Shown here: piece by piece, positions 57,822 to 64,000 of the stretch
How positions within the stretch are numbered: the first letter of the stretch is position 1
Layout of the letters: each line of letters starts with the position of its first letter
IMG/VR virus record: IMGVR_UViG_3300037459_000160
Location: 1 to 64,000 of that record
Direction: 5' to 3' (one strand)
DNA from: a virus
Length of the DNA: 64,000 bases
The notes under the pieces: model-generated
Database searches by the model: none
Told to the model about the DNA's origin: nothing
The model's input: the letters and a program-made list of their open reading frames with translations, nothing else
Made by a program: the position numbers and the translations under genes

Positions 57822-58541
57822 GTGGGAAATTACATAACAGCCGATGAGGTAAAGTGTAAAAAAATTGGCGGTGTTGTTGTCGAGCAAGTAAAACTTTACA
57901 CCGATGCCGAGATTGAGGAAGAAATTGCATTTATTGAGCAATGGATTGAATTGATTACGGGCGACATTTTTTATACGAAAATCGAAACCAATGAATTTGA
58001 TGGGAATGGATTAACGCGGTTGTTTTTTCCGCCCGATATTCCGTACCAAGTCCAGATTGAGAACATTACCAGCGTTAAGGATTTTGATACTGACGGGCTG
58101 TTGCTTGATACCTTTATTGAGGGTGAGGATTTCGTACCTCGGGAATTCTTCCTTGAGATTGCGTTGAGCTTTCCCGAGGATACGCCGAGACGGGGAATTT
58201 TACGCGGTGGGGTTTGGCCTCGCGGTCAAAAGAATATCCACATTGAGGCGAGTTGGGGCCTTGAGGAAACGCCCGGTACGATCAAAAAGGCGGCTTGTTT
58301 GTTGGTTCTTGAAAAGCTCATACCCGGTTCAACCGGAATGGCCCCCCAGGATGTAATTCAAGCCGTATGGCCTGATTTCACGATTTCGTATAAGAGCGAA
58401 AAAGCCTTTGGAATGACAACAGGTTTTGCCGAGGTTGATCGGCTGTTGATGTTGCACTTGAATCATTCAAGCCTTTTTCTTGTTGTGCCGGATACAAAGC
58501 AAACGTACGACAACAATTTGTTTGGCACGACTAACAGGTAA
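57822..58541 (+). CDS. Head-tail adaptor (putative)
   Basis: YITADEV...IE..TG...WPRGQKNIHIEASWG..ETPGTIKKAA. Confidence 0.7.
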   Translation: MGNYITADEVKCKKIGGVVVEQVKLYTDAEIEEEIAFIEQWIELITGDIFYTKIETNEFDGNGLTRLFFPPDIPYQVQIENITSVKDFDTDGLLLDTFIEGEDFVPREFFLEIALSFPEDTPRRGILRGGVWPRGQKNIHIEASWGLEETPGTIKKAACLLVLEKLIPGSTGMAPQDVIQAVWPDFTISYKSEKAFGMTTGFAEVDRLLMLHLNHSSLFLVVPDTKQTYDNNLFGTTNR

Positions 58542-58544
58542 AAA

Positions 58545-58949
58545 ATGTTAAGCCGAATTCCTATAATTGGGCTTGCCCACCTTGTTAACATTACGCGAAA
58601 GCGAGACGTTGACGACGGGGCGGGCGGTATTGATGCCGGTGAGCCGCTTACGGTGTACGCCAATCAACGGGGCCGCATTGCCGCGATGACCGATGAGGAT
58701 GAGCAATTACGTTTTGGGAATGTAACCGGGCAGCGTTGGAGCGTGGTAATGATTTACTCGCCCGATATTAAACGCCAAGACTTTTTGAGCCTTTCGCCGG
58801 CAAGTATTGAGGCACCTATTGATAGGTGCAACCCCGATAATGGCAAGGTTCAAGAGTACCGAATAAATTACGTGAAAAAGCAGATTGACGACGGGGGAGC
58901 GATGCACCATACGAGTTTGGTTATTGAGCTTGAGGATCAAAACACGTAA
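58545..58949 (+). CDS. Head closure/stopper protein (putative)
   Basis: VNITRK..VDDGAGG, HH near C-terminus; gene position. Confidence 0.7.
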   Translation: MLSRIPIIGLAHLVNITRKRDVDDGAGGIDAGEPLTVYANQRGRIAAMTDEDEQLRFGNVTGQRWSVVMIYSPDIKRQDFLSLSPASIEAPIDRCNPDNGKVQEYRINYVKKQIDDGGAMHHTSLVIELEDQNT

Positions 58950-59455
58950 TGGCAAAATTAACGGTTCGGGTAAGCGGTCTCAGGAAAATAGACCAAAAGA
59001 TTATTACTATGGTGAAAGTTGCCCCGGTACTTTCCGCCAAGGTAATGTTTACGTCTGCCCATCGGATAACGATTCCGGCGATTAAAGCCCGGCTCAAGTC
59101 ACAACGTAATGTGTTTCGCGGCGATCTAGTACAAAGGCAAGCGGCCCGAACGGGGATTGAGGGTGGGAAACCGTTCATTGAGATTGGAGCCCTTGGGGTA
59201 CCTTACGGCCTCGCGGTTGAAAAGGGCCAAGGCCCGCACAAACCCAACTCAAAAAAGATTCTTGAATACGCACGAAAGAAAATGGGATTGACCAAGGGAG
59301 CGTTCGCGGTTGCGGCAGCAATCATTAAGACGCTACAAACCACGGGATCAAGGCCCCACCCGTATTTGGTTCCGACTTGGTTAGTAACACGGGATGCCTT
59401 TTTCAAAGATTGGCTCGCCCGCATGAAAATACAGTTTAAGAAGTTGGGTATCTAA
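58949..59455 (+). CDS. HK97 gp10-like tail completion protein
   Basis: RGDL, PYGLAVEKG, GSRPHPYLVP. Confidence 0.7.
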   Translation: MAKLTVRVSGLRKIDQKIITMVKVAPVLSAKVMFTSAHRITIPAIKARLKSQRNVFRGDLVQRQAARTGIEGGKPFIEIGALGVPYGLAVEKGQGPHKPNSKKILEYARKKMGLTKGAFAVAAAIIKTLQTTGSRPHPYLVPTWLVTRDAFFKDWLARMKIQFKKLGI

Positions 59456-59456
59456 A

Positions 59457-59957
59457 ATGGCCGAAGGCCAAGAAAATCTCAATCAAGCAATCGTTGAAAA
59501 GTTGCGGGCCGATACCGTCGCAACTATCGGCCTTGTTGCGTTGACAGGGCACGACCAAAGCAAGGCAGAGGGTTTCCGCATTGCACGACAAACACCCCCC
59601 GTTAAAAGCCGATTGCCGTTCTTAGGTGTTTCAATCTTTACAAGTATTCCGTTGATGGATTCGGACGTTTCGCAACTCCAACGAGCCCGCGTACATTTTC
59701 GTTGTTATGGGGCTAAGGAATTGCCAGCGATCAAACTAGCCGATAGAATGGAGCACTTGTTACACGGTAGGGCCGAGGATGTAAGCGTTGGAACGAATCG
59801 GGGTTATTATGATTTTTCCAACAGCGAAGTAAGTACACGAAGTACGAGATTTAAGAATCGAGATTTACCGGATTTCGATGATGACGTTGATGCGTGGAAC
59901 GTGCTCGTTGAGGCCGATTTGGTCTGGATTGATGAGCCCGGTTGCACGCAACCGTAA
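59457..59957 (+). CDS. Tail terminator (putative)
   Basis: QAIVEKLRAD; position before the major tail gene. Confidence 0.65.
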   Translation: MAEGQENLNQAIVEKLRADTVATIGLVALTGHDQSKAEGFRIARQTPPVKSRLPFLGVSIFTSIPLMDSDVSQLQRARVHFRCYGAKELPAIKLADRMEHLLHGRAEDVSVGTNRGYYDFSNSEVSTRSTRFKNRDLPDFDDDVDAWNVLVEADLVWIDEPGCTQP

Positions 59958-59984
59958 CCCCGATTCAAGAGGGAGTGTATTTCT

Positions 59985-60482
59985 ATGGCTGGCAATGCCG
60001 ACAATATTTTGATCGGTGCGGCCCAAGTGGACATTGACGGTACAGATGTCGGATTTACCAAGGGTGGTACCACGGTTCGGTACGAGCCCGAGTTTATCGA
60101 CGTTATGGCCGATCAAGCCGTTGGAGTGGTTCGCAAGGCGAGAAGTTTGGAGCGAATGTTTGTAACGACGACTTTGCTTGAGGTGACCCTTGAGCAAATT
60201 CGTTTGTCATTCATGCAACCCGCAACGCATCTTGTGGGCGGGAGTGTGTTGACATTGGGTTACAACGATTCGTGTTTTGTGGATGAGCTTGCCATTGTGC
60301 TAACGGGCCCCGGCCCCGGTACGGGCGGCTTGTGTGGTACCCGCGTTTGGACGTTCCCGAAATGTATTTCGTTCGGGACAAAAGAGGTTGCCATGACCCG
60401 CGAGGAAGAAACCTCATTTGAGGTTGAATTTGAAATCCTCAAGGACGCAAACGGCAACTTTGGTACCGTTGTTGACCAGTAG
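59985..60482 (+). CDS. Major tail tube protein
   Basis: NILIGAA..DVGFTKGG..V.ADQ, TTLLEVTLE, FEVEFEIL. Confidence 0.85.
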   Translation: MAGNADNILIGAAQVDIDGTDVGFTKGGTTVRYEPEFIDVMADQAVGVVRKARSLERMFVTTTLLEVTLEQIRLSFMQPATHLVGGSVLTLGYNDSCFVDELAIVLTGPGPGTGGLCGTRVWTFPKCISFGTKEVAMTREEETSFEVEFEILKDANGNFGTVVDQ

Positions 60483-60559
60483 CAAACCGTAAGGCGTTTA
60501 CCCGCGTTTTGCGTTTTGTTCGTAATTTCATACCCGATGTAAAGGGGGTGGAAAATCTC

Positions 60560-60802
60560 ATGGCGAGTAGTGAGTTAGGGAGTGAGGTTTTGGCCGAACT
60601 TCAAACCAAGGGAATTGATACGCCCGAGGAGGTTGCCGATTTTCGGATACCCGGCGAAAGGCGAGACAACGCAACCTCGCCAACGGCCGGGGATATGTTT
60701 GATGTACTCGGCAACATTCAAGACAATCGCGGGCAGTATTGGGTAAGCCGTAAACGGGTTCGCCATGATGCCTTGCGATTGCAACTTGAAGGCCAATTGT
60801 AA
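60560..60802 (+). CDS. Hypothetical protein
   Basis: GGGGGTG RBS. Confidence 0.6.
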   Translation: MASSELGSEVLAELQTKGIDTPEEVADFRIPGERRDNATSPTAGDMFDVLGNIQDNRGQYWVSRKRVRHDALRLQLEGQL

Positions 60803-60813
60803 GTGGCCGGGTA

Positions 60814-60829
60814 GTGAACCCGGTTTCAC
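60814..60829. promoter_or_regulatory. 16-bp palindromic motif copy
   Basis: GTGAACCCGGTTTCAC. Confidence 0.75.
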
Positions 60830-60872
60830 TTGTTTTCGTTTTTTGGTCCCAAAATTCAAGGGAGTTTAAGCA

Positions 60873-61241
60873 ATGGGACAAACTTTCGCGGATAAAGAAT
60901 GCTCTTGGGGCGATTTTACCGTAGGGCGTAGCAACCCCTCGGGTACCGTCGTCCGGTTTACGGCCGTTGACCCATGCAATTTGTTGACCACTTCCAAGAC
61001 CGTTCGCATGGTGTTGGCCGATGCTATCGACCAATTTATTGCGGATGAACGTGCGGATTTGGACGCAAACGGCGATTCCATCGTTAAGGGTTCCGATGAG
61101 TTTCCGGGTTCCGGCGACGGTTTTTCTGTCGTTGACTGGAACTTTGACGGCAAGTTTGCGGACATTGATTTGACTTCGTTTGCCAACATTGACACCTCAA
61201 CTGACATTACCGTTGAAACACCTTACGCCGACGTGATCTAA
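60873..61241 (+). CDS. Acidic hypothetical protein in the tail region
   Basis: GGGAG RBS. Confidence 0.7.
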   Translation: MGQTFADKECSWGDFTVGRSNPSGTVVRFTAVDPCNLLTTSKTVRMVLADAIDQFIADERADLDANGDSIVKGSDEFPGSGDGFSVVDWNFDGKFADIDLTSFANIDTSTDITVETPYADVI

Positions 61242-61288
61242 ACGCCGGCAGCGGGTGAATTGAGTACGAAGTACAGGAACGGAAAGCA

Positions 61289-61618
61289 ATGGAAAACGAA
61301 ACCACAACGGAAATCCGCGAGCCGGCCGAGCCGGTACTTTTCCGAACCAAGGATTTGAACCAAGCGGCTTATTTTTGGTGCCTTCCCGGTGCCGATATGT
61401 ACGAAATTGAGGGGGATTCTAAGCACCACGCAAATACGGTTTTGTACTTTAAGTTTCGTTTGTCGGAAACTACCGAGGCTCAACTTAAAACGCATTTGTT
61501 TGATTATGCAAACGAGCGTTGTAAAGTGGAGCCTCAAGCTTATGTTCGGAAGCAGAATAATGTGCGTGATTTGTTACACGCGAATTTGCGGAAAATCAAG
61601 GCGGAACGCGAAGGATAG
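61289..61618 (+). CDS. DUF5659-like hypothetical protein
   Basis: FRTKDLNQAAY...F.F...VEPQAY. Confidence 0.5.
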   Translation: MENETTTEIREPAEPVLFRTKDLNQAAYFWCLPGADMYEIEGDSKHHANTVLYFKFRLSETTEAQLKTHLFDYANERCKVEPQAYVRKQNNVRDLLHANLRKIKAEREG

Positions 61619-61626
61619 AAACGAAA

Positions 61627-62070
61627 ATGGAAACGCAAACGAAAACTACGGAGTCGGAACGCCAACTAAATCTCGGAATTCCGGTTACTCTCAAAAAGCT
61701 CGGCGATGTTCACGTTAAGGAATTGGGCCTTGAGGACATTGTTAAGTGTGCGAAAGAGCTTGCCACGTTGGTAAGTGTTATTGACTTTGGCAAAAAGATT
61801 GATGGGGGCGAAATGCTCGCCATTATCATGTCAGAGCCCGCGACCCTCCAAGCCCTCAAAGTTTTTGCGGCAGCCTCTTGCGATCGACAACCCGGCGATT
61901 TTGACAACATGGGCCCGGCCGATTGGTTGCGGATTGCGATTGCGGTTAAAGAGGTAAACGATTGGGAGGAACTTGCCGAACTTTTTCGTCAAACGGGCCT
62001 CGCCGAAAAAATGTTCTCGGCGGTTCAAGCGAAAAAGACCAAGGCCCCGCCGATACTATCGCAAACCTAG
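61627..62070 (+). CDS. Tail assembly chaperone (gpG-like)
   Basis: Position before tape measure; overlapping -1 frame ORF. Confidence 0.75.
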   Translation: METQTKTTESERQLNLGIPVTLKKLGDVHVKELGLEDIVKCAKELATLVSVIDFGKKIDGGEMLAIIMSEPATLQALKVFAAASCDRQPGDFDNMGPADWLRIAIAVKEVNDWEELAELFRQTGLAEKMFSAVQAKKTKAPPILSQT

Positions 62071-62348
62071 TAGACCAATTTGCGGGCGAATATGGTTGGA
62101 CAACGGAGCAAGTTGTTAGGCACACTTACCACCAACTCAAAATGCTCGCCCGGCAAATTAGTTTGCGAAAATACGACGACCGGCGAGTATTTGCAGACTC
62201 GATGCGAGTTGCCGCTAATGGGGATCGAAGCCAATTTGAGAAATATATTGATTCGTTAAAGCCCGAGGGATTGGACGAACGGACGAAAACGGAAACCTCG
62301 GGGGGTATGAATATCCCACAAGGTTTTGTGGTTACGGAGGATTTTTGA
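62031..62348 (+). CDS. Frameshift extension of the tail chaperone (gpT-like), -1 shift at G-AAA-AAG 62031-62037
   Basis: -1 frame ORF lacking a good start; FAGEYGWT.EQV motif. Confidence 0.65.
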   Translation, partial: EKDQGPADTIANLVDQFAGEYGWTTEQVVRHTYHQLKMLARQISLRKYDDRRVFADSMRVAANGDRSQFEKYIDSLKPEGLDERTKTETSGGMNIPQGFVVTEDF

Positions 62349-62352
62349 ACCG

Positions 62353-64000
62353 ATGGCAACGCTAGGTGAGGCCGTAATTAAGGTAATTGCGGACCTTAGC
62401 AATTTTACGGCCAACATGAACAAAGCCGGGGCCCAAATGAAGGCTTTCGGCCAAGGCGTTCAAAAAGTTGGCTCAAGCCTAACGGCGGTGGGGGTAGCGG
62501 CGGCAACAGCCGGGGCGGCCCTACTTGCAATGTGGGCCCCCGCTATCATTGCCGGGGCTCAATTCGAGCAATCAATGGCGGGTGTAAAAGCCGTCATGGG
62601 CGATTTGCAATCCGGCACCGAGCTTGCAACTCAAAACTTTGAAAGGTTAAACGAGAAAGCCAAGGAACTAGGTTCAACAACCAAATTTTCGGCCTCACAA
62701 GTTGCCGAGGCGATGGAATTTTTGGGTCTTGCGGGATTTACAACGGAACAAGCCTTAACCGGCGTTGGTGATGTTCTTGCCCTTGCCTCGGCGGGGGCTT
62801 TGGATCTTGCCCGAGCCTCGGATATTGCTTCGGATTCAATGTCCGCCTTTGGATTAACGGCCGCCGATATTGGGCGAGTGGCCGACGTATTCGCGGCAGC
62901 GGCAGCGGCATCGAATACAAGCGTTGAGCAACTTTCCGAGGCGATGAAATTTGGTGCCCCCGTTGCGGCCGGGTTCGGCCAATCCATTGAGGAAACAGCG
63001 GCGGCAATGGGTATCCTTGCCAATCAAGGCATTAAGGGCTCGGCGGCCGGAACGGCAATCGGCCAAGTGTTTGCAAACCTTGCCTCACGTATGGAAAATG
63101 CCGATGAGGTATTAAGGCAATACGGTTCATCGTTTGACGCGGTTGACCCAAGCATACGGAGCCTCTCGGAAATCGTTGACGAATTCCGACGCATTAACAT
63201 TGATGCGGCCGATTCGATGAATATTTTAGGTATCCGGGGCGGCCGGGCTATGCTTGCGTTACAAAACGCCAGCAAAACCGAACTAGGGGCCGTGCGGGAT
63301 GCCATTAACGGAGCGGCCGGGGCAGCCGAGCGAATGGCGGCCATCCGGTTTGATACGGTTCAAGGAAACTTTATTGCATTCAAGTCGGCGGTTGAGGGGC
63401 TCCAAGTTTCCGTATTTGAATCAATCGCCCCCGTACTTCGCGAGGTTATCAAAACTTCAACCGAAGTTGTAAACCGAATCAAAGCATGGGTTGAGGCCAA
63501 TCAACCTCTCGTACAACAGATTTTCAAAATTACCACGGGGATCGGTAGTTTCTTGCTTGCCCTTGGGCTCATTCTCATACCCCTCGGGTTCATCATTACG
63601 CAAGTGGGGGCGGTAATTGCAACGCTTGGGGCGTTGGCGGCTCAAGTAACCGTCGTTGGGGCAGCAATTGCGGCCGGAATCGGGGCGGTTGCTATCCCGA
63701 TTATTGCGGCCTTTATCGCCAATTGGGATAAGCTCGCTAAGGCGTTTAACGCATTATGGATTGGCATTATTAAGCCCGTTATTGATGGGTTGAGGGAGGG
63801 GTTCGCCTCGGCGTGGAACGATTTCCTCAAGCCGGCATTTGATGCGTTAAAAACCGCAATCGGTGAGTTGATTGATATTTGGGTTGATCTTTTTGGAGTC
63901 CTTGGGGAAGGCGAGAGTATTTGGAAAAACCTTGCAAATATTCTTGCTCAAGTGCTTGTGTTTGCGATTTCAGCGGTACTCGTTGTAATTCGGGCTTTGG
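62353..64000 (+). CDS. Tail tape measure protein (TP901-type), truncated by the window end
   Basis: FEQSMAGVKAV, AKELGSTTKFSASQVAEAMEFLGLAG, GIKGSAAGT; open to window end. Confidence 0.92.
   Translation, partial: MATLGEAVIKVIADLSNFTANMNKAGAQMKAFGQGVQKVGSSLTAVGVAAATAGAALLAMWAPAIIAGAQFEQSMAGVKAVMGDLQSGTELATQNFERLNEKAKELGSTTKFSASQVAEAMEFLGLAGFTTEQALTGVGDVLALASAGALDLARASDIASDSMSAFGLTAADIGRVADVFAAAAAASNTSVEQLSEAMKFGAPVAAGFGQSIEETAAAMGILANQGIKGSAAGTAIGQVFANLASRMENADEVLRQYGSSFDAVDPSIRSLSEIVDEFRRINIDAADSMNILGIRGGRAMLALQNASKTELGAVRDAINGAAGAAERMAAIRFDTVQGNFIAFKSAVEGLQVSVFESIAPVLREVIKTSTEVVNRIKAWVEANQPLVQQIFKITTGIGSFLLALGLILIPLGFIITQVGAVIATLGALAAQVTVVGAAIAAGIGAVAIPIIAAFIANWDKLAKAFNALWIGIIKPVIDGLREGFASAWNDFLKPAFDALKTAIGELIDIWVDLFGVLGEGESIWKNLANILAQVLVFAISAVLVVIRAL

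Larger units (their letters stand above)
1..64000 (+). mobile_element. Tailed bacteriophage genome segment (siphovirus-like; free phage or prophage not resolvable)
   Basis: Terminase-portal-MuF-protease-capsid-neck-tail-tape measure gene order, dense small ORFs, single coding strand, no host housekeeping genes. Confidence 0.97.

Noticed and set aside
587-63830. Minus-strand ORFs in the ORF track (e.g. 5106-5891, 15317-15970, 41349-41972)
   Set aside because: They shadow well-supported + strand genes and show no recognisable motifs
1-64000. Alternative genetic code or stop-codon reassignment
   Set aside because: Core genes are full length in the standard code and end in TAA, TAG and TGA

Overview
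A 64-kb segment of a tailed dsDNA phage genome (Caudoviricetes, siphovirus-like gene order). Essentially all credible genes are on the + strand. Layout: (i) 1-800 is non-coding and repeat-rich; (ii) 0.8-18.9 kb is a dense run of small early/accessory ORFs with many paralog pairs, strong sigma70-type promoter cassettes and an aberrant tRNA-like element; (iii) 18.9-23.5 kb is a six-gene glycan-tailoring cluster (sulfotransferase-like, SAM methyltransferase, radical SAM, three glycosyltransferase-like); (iv) 23.5-28.5 kb encodes a holin-like protein, a subtilase, two exported CxxCH (c-type heme) proteins and a small exported peptide; (v) 28.6-38.4 kb encodes a SWIM protein, DEDDh exonuclease, DUF6165-like protein, CsrA and an SDR-like protein; (vi) 38.5-64 kb is morphogenesis: terminases, portal, a 1539-aa MuF protein fused to Nudix, kinase-like and ADP-ribosyltransferase domains, prohead protease, major capsid, GT9 and PAS insertions, neck/tail genes, a frameshifted chaperone and a tape measure gene running off the end. 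A 16-bp quasi-palindrome (GTGAAACCGGGTTCAC and variants) occurs at least 13 times, and a structured RNA-like motif occurs twice. A Planctomycetota-like host is inferred (CsrA style, planctomycete-type cytochrome c domain) but not proven. All family calls come from motif recognition by eye, not database searches.
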